64,000 nucleotides of DNA. Source: Chrysomallon squamiferum. Its lineage: Eukaryota > Animalia > Mollusca. Location: the NCBI GenBank assembly GCA_012295275.1, contig CM022674.1:5642001-5706000 (forward strand). The letters are read 5' to 3'. Within the stretch, counting starts at the first letter, position 1; each line of letters starts with the position of its first letter. A program made the position numbers and the translations under genes. The notes beneath the pieces were generated by a model. That model had not been told where the DNA came from. It worked only from the letters and a program-made list of their open reading frames with translations, and ran no database searches. Shown here one piece after another: positions 1 through 12,444 of this stretch.

Positions 1-66
1 ATATATATATATACCTACACCCATATATACATGCAAACATATATGTGTGTTTTTTACATATCTGTA

Positions 67-103
<37 letters not shown>

Positions 104-406
104 TGTGTTATATCTACACAGATTAACTTGTTAACATTTGTCTAACTAAAGAGCTGCTGTAATCAGTCAGCTATGGCAAAGACTCTTATCTAAATTGCTA
201 GTTAAATCTGCTTAACTCATTAGTAATATTTGAATACTGCATTTAAGCCTTTAGATTAATGTCAAATGAACAGTTTACAGACTTCAGAACAGATTTGTAA
301 TGGTGGATGAACACTGATACAGTCTCAGATGGAAATTCCTAACAATTTTCATAAGGGATAGGGTTTTTTTGGCTTGTTCCTGTGTGTTAGTTCAAATCCT
401 GTTAGA

Positions 407-493
<87 letters not shown>

Positions 494-1827
494 GGTATTT
501 TTATTTGATTATTTTTTTTTATTTTTTTTTTTTAGGTTAATTTTTTTTTTTCATTTTATATAATTTCAATATTTATTATAAATTTAAAAAAAAAAAAAAT
601 AACTTAAATGTTTCAACAGAAAGTTATTTGTTTATTTATTCCCTTCATTTTTTTTTTTTTTTAAATACTTTATTTAGTTTATATTTTTTCCAGATCAATT
701 TCAAAATACAGTTATTTTAATTGTTATTTTATCTATAGTTATATTTGTGATTCTGTAATAAAGACATGTTGTGCATGTTTGATTGTTCCAGGATCAACTG
801 GTGCATGTTTGATATGTTCCAGGATCAAGTCCTGACACTGGATGTTAAATTTTGCTGGTATAAAACCCATTAAGACTTAAATCTAACATACTAACACTAA
901 CACTGTCACATTTAACAAGATTCAAAACAATATCTGAAAAATACTGAAAATTTAGTTAGATTATTTATTCTCATTAGCTGTAGGTAAAATAACAATAAAT
1001 AAACATAGCAAGAAAAACAGACATTTTGAATTTTTTCAGAATATTTTTCTTTCTTTTCTTTTCTGATTTTTCTTTTTATTTTATTATTATTATTTTTTTT
1101 TAAAATATTTTGTTCCCCAAGACATTGTAGGTATATTTTAATATCAAACTTTCTTTTGAAAATATATGTTATTCTCTTTTTTTTTTCACAATACCTCAAA
1201 TATTGTTTAAAACATAAATAGAAATTCTTTTGAACATCAATATTCAAAAAATGTACTTTTTTTATAACATTATTCTTCTTTTGCTTCAGTGTCACACAAA
1301 CTTTAATAACCACCAAAAATAAATAAATAAATTATTTGGAAGTGTTTGTAAGGTATTGAGATATTTGTTGAAAATATAATTATTGGATGACAGAATAAAC
1401 AAATGAAAATCCTTAGGAAATATGTTTAGGTTTCTCTTTCTAACATCTTAAATAAACTTTGATAAGAAATAACTTAACTCAGTGCATGGCAATTTGCCAA
1501 AATTTTAAAGACATTTTGTCTTTTTTGTCTTGCAGATAAACTTTGAAAATAAATAAATAAACTAATCATTTGAAAGATTAAAAAATATATATATTGGCAT
1601 TTTGTTCAAACCATTATATACATCAATAAATTAATAATAATAATAATAATAAAAATAATAATAATAATAATATATACATGTGTGTGTGTGTGTGTGTTGC
1701 TTTTTATACAGAACTAGAATTTTAACCCATCACATCAGTACTTTTTCTAGCTGTTTAAAAGAAGATGTCTGCATTTCTGAAGGAATAGAATAAAATTCTT
1801 CACTTTAAAGTAAAAATTATTACTTAC

Positions 1828-3021
1828 CTTGGCCTCATCTTCATCCAGATAGTAGCCCATGGGAGTCCTCAGTACTATAATGGAACGGTCTGATTGGCTA
1901 TATGTCCTGGGGACACTATGTGGTCTTTGAGAGTATACTTTGGAGGCCATCTGAGGCTTAAATTTTGAGAGGTTCCTCCCTCTAGTTGCATGAAGGAAAT
2001 TTCTTGTCGATGTTGTCCATACCGGAGGCGTCTGCGTTTTTATATTGCTGACATCAGTAAAACAGTCACTGACAACTGACTGTTCGCCGTCGTCACGGTA
2101 ACCTTGCAGTAGCTCGTCAGTGTCTCCATTCGATTTAGTTGAAGAGAGTTTCTGTCTGCATGGCGGAATTTGCAGGTAATTAGAACTTTCCGTGTCATCA
2201 CCAAAACTGGCGAAATCCTCGTCATCATCATCATCGTGAACTGGTTCATCATCGCTGACACTCCCAATGTGTTCTTCATCGGAATCATGGGATACATTCG
2301 CCTTGGGCTTTGAGGTTCGTTCGCAAATGACATCCCCCATGACATCTTCTACGACTGTGACCTTTTTACCTTGACCTATCTGACATAGGTCAAGGTCTTC
2401 AAGGGAGAGCGGACCTATCTGTTTAAAAGAAGATGTCTGCCTTTCTGAAGTATGGGAATAAAAATCTTCACTTTGTGACTCCATGGACAGGAAGCTTTTT
2501 GAATCCATACTGAAGAACTGTCCTGACAGACTTGTGGACAAAAGTGAACTGTCTTGCAGATTAGATTCAGGTTTCAGTACAGGGGAGTCTGTATCTTTGT
2601 GAAAAGCTTCACCATCTGTTACTATTGTTCCTGAATCTTTCACATATGTTCCTGATTCCGCAGTATTTATTCCTGTAACATTTGTTCCAACATCCATTAC
2701 ATTTGTTTCTGACCCTGTAACATGCACGCCAGAATCAGTCAGATGTGTTCCTGATTCTGTCGTACTTATTCCTGACACTGTAGCATCTGTTCCTGACACT
2801 GTCACATCAGTTCCTGACTCTGTAACATTTATTCCTGATTCAGAGTAGTCAGTAGATGTGACAACTACAGCCTCTGTTTCCTGCACAGTCAAATCAGATT
2901 CGGTTACATTCGTACCTCTCTGTTCTACAGGTGAATCGGAAACCTCTTTTGTGACATCACTTCCTGTCACCTTTGCACCAGCACTTCCTTCAGATGATTT
3001 CTCGTCTTCAATGGGATCCAT
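1828..3021 (-). CDS. Large first coding exon (398 codons) of an unidentified gene; acidic Ser/Thr/Asp/Glu-rich, probably disordered N-terminus with 7-aa repeats; gene continues to the left of the window
   Basis: Open frame MDPIEDEKSSEG...LRTPMGYYLDEDEAK starting at an ATG in AAAAATGG context (3021) and ending at a consensus donor AAG|GTAAGT (1828/1827). GC content is clearly above the flanks. No family recognised and no downstream exon identified in 1-1827. Confidence 0.75.
2620..2930 (-). repeat. Coding 21-bp tandem repeat encoding (V/T)T(E/V/D)SG(T/I)x heptads
   Basis: Plus-strand units tcctgacactgtagcatctgt / tcctgacactgtcacatcagt / tcctgactctgtaacatttat; protein VTESGTD VTVSGTD ATVSGIS TTESGTH LTDSGVH VTGSETN VMDVGTN. 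Confidence 0.8.
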
Positions 3022-3539
3022 TTTTAAATGGCAGAGAAAATTTGTGCAGCAAAACCCTTGTATAATAAAAAAGAACAAAATTCAATAAAAAAAAAAACTC
3101 GAAAGATTATCTTTATATTTACTTCAGTGACAAAGTGCCTGTATGCTGAGCATGAATACACTGCTTTGTAATTCAGTGTTTGAAAAAAAAAATATTAAAA
3201 TAACAGTTCTCTGGAAGTCTGCCAAGTTCTACCCAGTTTCCTATGACATTGTAATTATAGACAGCTTCAAAGCACAGATCACCCATACAGTCATTGAAAC
3301 AACTGATCAAGTGTATTTGCCTCCAGTTCTTCTTCTACCTGGCACTTGTCTCAGGATTTAATAAATCTCCTAATATACAGAGCTAGTCAGTCATAAGCAG
3401 TCCTTGAGATAAATTTTTTCTCTGCCAAGCCTTCTATCAATGAAGAAAAAGAATCACTGAAGGTTTTAAAAAAATATCATTATGAAAAAAAATGAGAAAA
3501 AAAAGGAATGATTTGTAAAGCTGTTTGCATTAAGCTATA

Positions 3540-3800
3540 TCAGCTCAGTAACCGGCGAAGTCGTTCACTCCCTTGGCATTAAATGTAGTCGTCTGTGAGC
3601 GTTAAAAGACACCGCGACTGAAATTTCGTCGGTTTAGGTAACAGTAGATCTCGTATATCACACTGGCTGACCCACTCCGCACAAGGAGCTTTATTTCCAG
3701 ATTTGTCACCAGGCTTTGTACTGGTCACATTGTTTTGTTAATCCATAAATTTCGAACAAAAAAAAAAAAAACCACAATCCTCCACCATATTTTGTTGGAA
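3540..3800 (-). promoter_or_regulatory. Candidate promoter/5' region of the unidentified minus-strand gene
   Basis: Local CpG enrichment (3550-3680) in an otherwise CpG-poor background, and a YY1-like motif (minus strand AAAATATGGTGG, about 3782-3793) resembling the one at the TMCO4 start. Confidence 0.35.
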
Positions 3801-4916
3801 CTCTGTATATTTTATTTTAACTCAAAGCATTAATTTATTCCATGTTTTTTTTTTTTTTGTTGTTTGTTTTAATTTTATTGTTTTTTTTCAGTTTCACCCT
3901 TTTAGAAAGCCATTTTTATTGTTTTTCCTGCTAAATACATGTCACCATAAACCCATAAAAATTTCTTATCGCATTTTGACTAACTTGTTTTCAACGGATA
4001 GATTGTTTACAAGGCAGGTGGAAAAAGAATCAATAATCAATGGAGATACAAAATGCACAGACTTGAAAGCAAATCGGTCTGTCTGTCATGGATAAAAATA
4101 CGCTTTAATTCTTTCTCTGACTGGTGGAGCAGACTTAATTTTAATCTAATGAACATAACCCATTCATTGAAAGTCTTTGTGCGTATTTATGTTTGGTCTT
4201 TAGTACTGTCAAAATGCCTGCTTTTAGTATTGTCAGAATTGGCGTCTGCTTCAGTGCAGTTACTGCACAGTGCTAATCAATATGGCAGACATCAAATGGC
4301 TGAGAGTGTCATTTATTTTTAACTTGAGAAATAAGCACATTTTCAGTTTATTAAAATTAAAGGTTTTATAAATGGAGAAAAAAAAAAGAAAAGACAAAAA
4401 TACTGGTTTTTATATCTGACTGGTTTGCAATTGTAATTTATTTATTTACTAGTACTACTACCGCTGCTACTATTACTACTACTAACATTGTTTTTACTGC
4501 TACTGCATAATGGATATGGTAGAAAACCCAACATTTACAGCAGTATTTATTTGTCTTTAGTTTCAGCATCTATCAGTAATGATTTTAATCTGAAAGATAT
4601 ATATATATTCTTGTCAGATAATTGACAGAATGAAGCCAGAAAGGAACTTTACATAACATTTTTTTTGTTAATTAGTTTCTTTGGGAATGGTTTAGTGCTA
4701 ATTCAAGGGAATGGTAGTTAGTCTCTTATAGTCATTTAAAATATAATTTTGTTAGATTGACTAGTAGGAGGATTTTTTTATAATGCAGAGATACAGACAG
4801 ACATATTCACACACACATATACACAGAGACACATCATACATGAATACAGAGACAGACTAATACACACACAACACACAACACACACACACATTACACATGA
4901 ATACAGAGACAGACTA

Positions 4917-4966
<50 letters not shown>

Positions 4967-5089
4967 ACAAATATGTTATTAGTGAGTAACCACAGTTAGA
5001 ATGAGAAATTACTGACACTGAAGTTCAGACTGTTCTAAGTCAGTCCAAGTGAAAAGTTTATTTACTTTTGAGTTCTGTGAACAGTTTAA

Positions 5090-5510
5090 ATGAGGACAAC
5101 CTGTGAATGACAAACAGATATTGATTAAGTAAACAGATAAGTGAAGGGCAGATCCAGAGTCTTAAAAGGTGGGGGGCTTGCACAGGTCATTTTGGTAAAC
5201 ATTTTCAATCTGGTACAAAACCTGCAAATGACAAACATGTATTAAGAGATTTGTAAACAGATAAGTCAGGAGGAGATCCACAATTTCAGAAAGGGGGTGG
5301 TGGTGGTCCATCACTTTGGAGTTCAGCAAACATTTTAAATCTGGGACAAACTGCAAATTACAAACAGGTATTGGCTGTATAAAAAGATAAATTGAGGAGC
5401 AGATCCACAATTCAGAAAAGGAAAGACCACTTTGGAAGTTCATTTTAGTAAATATTTGGAATCTGGGACAAACCTGCAAACGACAAACGGATATTAAGAT
5501 ACTGAGTAAA
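5090..5510. repeat. Degenerate ~115-125-bp tandem repeat, about 3.5 copies
   Basis: Recurrent aatctgggacaaacctgcaaatgacaaac...aacagataagt...gagcagatccacaatt(t)cagaaa. Confidence 0.7.
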
Positions 5511-6004
5511 CTCTCTCAGAAAGACATTTTCAAACTTGCATAAATCATGCATTCTGACTCGCTTCTGTTAAGTGTTTGTTATCTGTGCAAAGATAGTTTC
5601 TAAACAGCCAGACCTGAATTAAATATGAAAGATATTTTAGATTTTCTACTTGGAAAACAAATTTTTAAACAAATTTTATTGTAAATTTTCTTTTTGCTTA
5701 TTTATCTGTTTAAATTATTTAAATTTATTTTATTTATTATAATTATTCCTTTTAATTTTAGGAATTAACATTTTAATTTATTTATTGTTACTTCATTAAT
5801 TGTTCTTCTTCTTATTATTATTATTATTACTGTTATTGTTATTGTTGTTATTGTTATTGTTATTGTTATTATTACTATTACTATTATTATTATTATTTTA
5901 ATTTAAGGAATTAACATTCTAATTTATTTATTGTTACTTCATTAAATGTTGTTATTATTATTATTATTGTTGTTGTTGTTGTTATTGTTATTATTACTAT
6001 TATG

Positions 6005-6042
<38 letters not shown>

Positions 6043-7095
6043 TACTACTACTACTACTATTGAGTTTCTACAAGAAACATAAGAATCAGCTGACAACAAA
6101 TAAGAAATTAGTGTATCTAAAAACTGCAACCTTGCATATATCGAATTTTGTTACTTTACTAATATTTTCAAAGGAAATTATAATATAAATAAATAAAAAG
6201 GAAAATTATTTAGGGCAACAACAAATCTTTAATTAAATTTTCATGTTCCTCAAAGGTGCATGTTTGCTCTTATTGAACTTTCAGCTCTTTCTTAACCTCA
6301 TTTCTTAACAAGAAATAAAAAAAAAAAAAAAAAAAGAAAATATAAGAACCATTATTTACAGAAAAATTTTTTTCATTAATTAGTCAATATCAAATGAGAT
6401 TTTCATGTCCTTGATTACAAAGCTACGAGCTTGTAAATATTACATTCTTCTTGGAGCTATTTTTTTGCAGCCATTTTCTTTTGTGTCAGAAACTAAAATG
6501 TTAACACCAAAAAAAAAAAAAAAAAAGTTATCATCTAGTAAAGGTATTGTTTGCTGCAATGGATGTGGCTTACAAAAATGTCTTGGTTGTCTCAGATCAT
6601 AAATCAAAGGAGAACATTAACAGGTTACTAACAATATTGAAGTTGGTCTACCAACAAAAAAAAAAAATATTCATTAGCCAGAATGATTTATGCATCATAA
6701 ATATTATTCTAATTGGGGAAAAAAAAAAAATAATAATGTATGAAGCAAACAGAGTTCCAAAGAAAAGGTCTTTTGAAATATAAAAAATAAAAATTGAGTT
6801 TTTGTTAGGTGGGTAGTCGAGCATAAAGGTTATTTTTATTTTTATTTTTTTTCATATATATTTTTTTTTTTTCAGAGATTTATTTATTTATTTTTTTTTT
6901 TTAAATATAGGAAATAGATTATACTCATTTTAGTTTATTTTTAATAATTGATTTATCAGATGTTATGATTATGTGTTTTCCTGTTCAGGGAAGGTTCTTT
7001 TGACAGTTTCATTTATATAAGATCATTATGAATATGATGGCTTATAATTTCAAAGATAGTACAAATTATAATTATTTTTAAAAACATTTGTAAAA

Positions 7096-7134
<39 letters not shown>

Positions 7135-7819
7135 ATAGATAAATAAATAAATAAATAAATAAATTAATTAATTAATTAATAGTTTGAAAGGAAAAACATT
7201 TTATTATAAATAAATAATGAATAAGAAAAATAAAAAATAAACAAATAAATAAAAAGCTTTAAATGAAAAAAAATAAAAAATAAGTAAGTGAACAAGTAAG
7301 TAGGAAAGTAAAAAAATAAAATAAATAAATAAGTAAATTAAGTCAGTACAAAGCCATTTTTATTTCTGTATTTTAAATATGAAGTTCATTAATAATGTAA
7401 CATGTAAAAGTGTAAAGTAAATATTAAATAAATAATAACACTAACAAAATTAAATAAATAAAAATAAATAACCAGAAACAAACTTTTATGAGAATATATT
7501 GTACCTGTCATTAATGCAAACATGTTTTATAAAAATTCTTTATACCATCATTAAAGTTTTTTATATTCTTTTTTATTATTAACATTGTTTTCACTACTCT
7601 ACTCAAAAAAAATAAAAAATAAATAAATAATAACAATAAAATAAATAATAAGACGAAGAAGAAGAAGAAATATAAAATTAAAAAATGTATCCAAAAGTGA
7701 AAGGAGAATATACCAAGGTTATGGAGGACACTGGTTTAACATTACTGTAAGCTTATTAGTGTGATCTTTTTAATTTTAATGTAATGTTATTTTATATTAC
7801 TGTTATTATTATCTCAAGC

Positions 7820-8270
7820 AAATCTATATTGTACTATATCATACCAACAGTGTTCTGTACTGTACTATACTGTTCTGCACTGTACTATATCATACTAATA
7901 CTGTACTGTACTCTACTGTACTGGACCATATCATACTATATTAATACTTTACTGTTAGTACTGTACGATATTATAATATACTATACATACTACACTATAC
8001 TACACTGTAATATGCTGTACTATACTGTACTATACTGTTTTATACTAATACTGTACTGCATTGTACTATACTGTACTCTACAATGCCATTCTAATATTCT
8101 GTTGCATTACTATACTAAATATTAATTAACACTGTTTTTATTCTGTGCTGTGCTATGTTATGCTGTCCTGGCTTTTCCTATTCTATTCTGACTTTATATT
8201 ATTATGCTACACTATACAAGCCATATTACACCATATTACACCACCACATTACACTACCTTACACTACTAT
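7820..8270. repeat. Degenerate pentanucleotide satellite (CTATA/CTGTA)n
   Basis: tactg/tacta/catac units throughout; explains the spurious Tyr/Cys-rich ORF 7784-8125. Confidence 0.8.
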
Positions 8271-8385
8271 ACTTTTCTTTTTGCATAATATTTGCATTAC
8301 AGTTTATATTTTATTTTATTTTATTTTATAGTATTTTATTTTATTTTATTATTTATTTATTATTCTGATTTTAAATTTCTTGCAG

Positions 8386-11087
8386 TTTTCACTGTATGCA
8401 ACAGGTTCAACAATTGGTCAAAGAATTTTGAACATTCGCTATGGTAACCAAGACACCTCCTCTTGGATTGGTCCTTACAAGAAGATAATCTACGCTGCCC
8501 TTCTGATTGGCTGTCCCTGGTTGAAGGACAGGTCAGGTGACTTGATTAGACTAATGAAACTTCAAGCATGGGAAGACAAGGTGTGTTTTAGTTTGAAAAT
8601 TTTAATTTGTAAATACAGAAACTCTCCAATATAATGTAGATTCTAAATACGTAGAGTCATTCTTGTGTAGTGAATGTTATTTTATGTTATTTTTTAAATT
8701 TAACAATTTAATATTTTTACAACACACTTGTACTGTTATAGGATTTACTCTAACATTTGCAGAACCATTCACAAACAAAAAATAGGGAGCATCTGTTTAT
8801 GTCCAAAAATTAATTTCAAAATATATTTTTAATTTTTTTTTTAAATACATATAAAATTTTTTTATTTAATCTTGAATTAAAAAGAAGTATATTAATTAAT
8901 ATTAATATAGTTCAAATAGTTAATTTTAATTAAAATGGTTCAAATAAGCTATGATAAATGAATTTCTGAACAAAATTTTGTAATAAACTACTTGATTTAA
9001 ATCTGTATGGTAAAATGTTTTATTTAATCTATATTATGATGGGAAGCAAGTAATAGATTAAAAATAATTAATTATAGGTTTAATAACATACATTATGTGT
9101 GTGTGTGTGTGTGTGTTTGTATTTGTATGCTTGAAAGTGTGAGTGTGCATTTGGATATCTGTGTGTATGTGTGTGAGTTGTTTGCCATGTATGTATATGT
9201 GTGTTTGTGTGTATATGAAGGTGTGTATATGAATGTTTATACATGCATATGTGTGTGTGCTAATGTTGCTACAATACTACTACTACTACTACTACTACTA
9301 CTAATAATAATAATAATAATAATAATAAAATAACAAACACATCAACAAAATAACAAGTGACTAACAATAATAACATTATTTTAGATAGAGAAATGCCTCC
9401 ATTGGATAGAAAGCAGCCTCAAGGTGGCAGCACTGGTGAACTTCCTGTTGTTTCTGAGAAAGGGTGGGTACCAGCTGATTGTGGAAAGGATTCTCGGAAT
9501 CCAGTCTAGGCATCCAGAGAGACAGAGATTAAGACAGGTATAAAAGAAAGACACACTAAAATTTCAGACAAGGGAAAGTTGATCTGGGTAACTGGTTTCC
9601 ATAAATGCCATGTAGAGTGACCTCCCCTATTTGTATTATAACACTATTTATTTATTTATTTTTTAATTTTTTAATTTTATTTAATGTTTCAGGTCAGTTT
9701 TGAGTATATGACAAGATAAATTCTATGGCATGGATTTTCAGTAAGTATAAATAAATAAATAAACAAATAAATAAATAAAAAAAAATTATTATTGCATTTT
9801 CACAATGATCTAAAATATATGTTGAAAAATAAGTGATGTTGAAATATTATGTATAATAACCACATTAAATATAACTTTATACAGTTGTTTTAAATAATTT
9901 TATTATCTATTTATTTGCATATTTTTAGTTTATTTTTTTCTTTCTTTTTTTCTTGATAAAAAAAAAGAATTCTGTAATTTAATCAAAATATAATTGATTA
10001 GAGATTAATAATGTAGTTTATTATTTTTTTTTAATTTTCTTTCTATATTTTCTGTATCTTGTTTGTATTTGTTTTGTACTTTTTCATTTAAAATTATTTC
10101 CAGGAATTCCTACTGTTCATTCTTCCTCTTGTCAACATTCGACAAATAAAAAACATGTTTCTTCGATGGACTTTTTCAAACCGTCACCTCAACCAGGCCT
10201 CATCTGAGAGGTCAAGGGTCGTTCTGACTACTTGTGCTGTATGTGGGGAATGGCCAGTTCTGCCACAGGAAATTGGCTGCTGCCATGTTTTTTGTTACTA
10301 CTGTATTCAGGTAACTGACATTTTGTTGTTTTTGTTGTAATTGTGGTTGTCATTGTTGCTTTTGCTAATGAAAGATAGCTCTTAGTTATCATTTTTCTGT
10401 TGTTGTTATTGGTAGTGATGCAGCTGAAATTTTGACTATGGTGGTAATTGTTCTGATAACAGTAGTAATAATAGTAGTAATAATAGCAGCTGTGGTTGTA
10501 GTTGTAGTTATAGTTGTAGTAGAGTAGTAGTAGTAATAGTAGCAGCAGCAACAGTAGTAGCATTAGTGGTAATTTTGACTAGGTGGTGGTGGTGGTGGTG
10601 GTAGCAGTAGTAGTAAAAGTAGTACTGGTAGTTGCAATAATAGAAATAGTATTATACTAGTAGTATAATAGTAATACAGTAGCAGTAGCTCTAATAGTAA
10701 TAATAGTAGTAGTTATGGTTATAAAAAAAACAATAATAATAACAATAATAATTGTACTATTAGTAGTAGAAACAGCAATAGTAGTAATATTAAAGTTTCT
10801 CTATAGTGGTAGTAGTAGTAGTAGTAGTAGTTCTTAAAGTGATAGTAGTAGTAGGAATAATAGCTATAGAAATTATAATAATAATAGTTTTTCTTGTAGA
10901 AGTGTTCACTAATAATAAATTTGGTAGCTGTCACTATATCTAATCTCTCTTTTATTTTATTTTATTTTATTTTTTTCAGAGTAATTTTAAAGCTGATCCA
11001 AATTACTTGTGTCCACAGTGTGGTCAGCAGATTGCTGGACAGGAGAGTATTCGTCCAGTGAGACAGAGAATCAATCCATCCAGATAA
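8386..11087 (+). CDS. PEX2: Peroxisome biogenesis factor 2 (Pex2/Pex12 domain + C3HC4 RING); partial, exons 8386-8580, 9385-9537, 9693-9740, 10104-10310, 10980-11087; in-frame TAA at 9717-9719
   Basis: All introns GT-AG, phase 0. Translation FSLYATGSTIGQRILNIRY...LKVAALVNFLLFLRKGGYQLIVERILGI...VSFEYMTR*ILWHGFS|EFLLFILPLVN...CAVCGEWPVLPQEIGCCHVFCYYCIQ|SNFKADPNYLCPQCG...SR* matches PEX2 as I recall it (human ...ATVGQSVLNIKY...[26 protein letters not shown]...[24 protein letters not shown]...FTCPKCG). The N-terminal ~65 aa were not found in the window. AATAAA at 11294-11299. Confidence 0.92.
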
Positions 11088-12444
11088 CAAAACCTCTGTC
11101 CTCCTCCTTCTTCCCCTCATAACCCACACTGAGCTATCTCCCGTTCTACCAATGCTCTTTGATAGAAATCCTGTCACATGCTTTCCTGACTTTGAAAATG
11201 TAGTCTTGAACCCTCCATTTAAAAGGTCTAAAAGGAAGAAAGTTTGTCCAGAAAAAAAAAAAAAAAATCTGCATTTTTGAAAATGTATTTAAAAATAAAC
11301 TTGAATATTAATAATGTAGAATCATATATACAAAACTAAATTTATTTAAAATTAATTTTACAGAAAAATGTATGTAATTAAATTTTCTTTAAATTCACAG
11401 TTTTTATGTGATGAACAGCAGTTTGAGCTTGATTTACAGTAGTCATTAGTGGTGCTATTGTCAAATGCACAAAAAATTATGTTATATATCTAGAGAATCC
11501 TAAGACAGAATTCAGAACATGGACACAACATGAACACACACACAACATGTGTAAACAGACAGACTGACACACTCAAGGAGACATTTTTTGGATGCTTTGC
11601 CTATTTCCTCAATGGATTCAAATTTTGGCAGATTCAAGACTATTTGTATAGTTCCTAGATTTTATCTGTATTTTTTACATTCATCAAGTAGGAGTCTGTT
11701 AAATAGAGGGTTTGGTGTACTATTATTTTATTTTATTTTATTTTATTTTGAACCTGGCCTGTGACCCTAAATGCTAGATGGTGAAGATTTTGTTAGTGTA
11801 TTTTATAATGTTATAAAGCCCAAACAGAACTAATAGTATTATCTGTTATTATTTTTTTTTTTAAATTGATTGATATAGCAATTTTTGGAATGGATTGTAT
11901 TGTAAATTATTTTTGAGTTTTTTACAAAAGTGCTATAAATGTAAATAAATATATTTTTATAAAAAGAAAAGTTTTTGTTAATTTCTTAAAGATGTTTTCT
12001 TTGTGGTCTGAATACATTCATAATTAAGTATTTTAGGCCTATTTATGTATAATGGCTTCTCAAAGGGGAAACAACTCCGTTTTGAACTAATATAGTGTGT
12101 GTAAGTGTACGTGTGCCCAGTAGCTGTGCTAATATTAATTCACACATACTAGTAGAATTTTAAAAGTTTGGATGTTTATAATTTTCTCTAAATTATAAGT
12201 GTCTGAATTTTAAAAATTATTTGCTAGTTACTCAAAGGAAAAAATCGATCATAAATTTGCTTCCAAATACATTAATTTTTTATAAAAAAAATAAAATTAA
12301 ATTAAAAAAAACCCCAAAATCCACAAAAACAACAACTAATAGTTAAAAATATTTCGTAAAATTTTTAATCATTTTAATTAAAAATAAATATTTTCTCCCA
12401 CGTTAAGTCAGGTATCTTTACAGTCGAATTCAACTACATCGAAA

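Noticed and set aside
369-1316. Hydrophobic or Lys-rich ORFs in the track (and the many similar poly-I/F/Y/L and CVCV ORFs across the window)
   Set aside because: Translations of (ATT)n, (TTTA)n, (GT)n and poly-T tracts; no splice context or coding composition.
3540-3747. Minus-strand frame MD*QNNVTSTKPGDK...LTLTDDYI* that looks protein-like if TAA is read through
   Set aside because: Short, interrupted by stops, no recognisable homology; TAA is a true terminator in PEX2 and OTUD3, so no code reassignment is supported.
9717-9719. Selenocysteine or programmed recoding of the PEX2 internal stop
   Set aside because: The codon is TAA, not TGA, the expected residue is Glu, and I saw no SECIS-like element.
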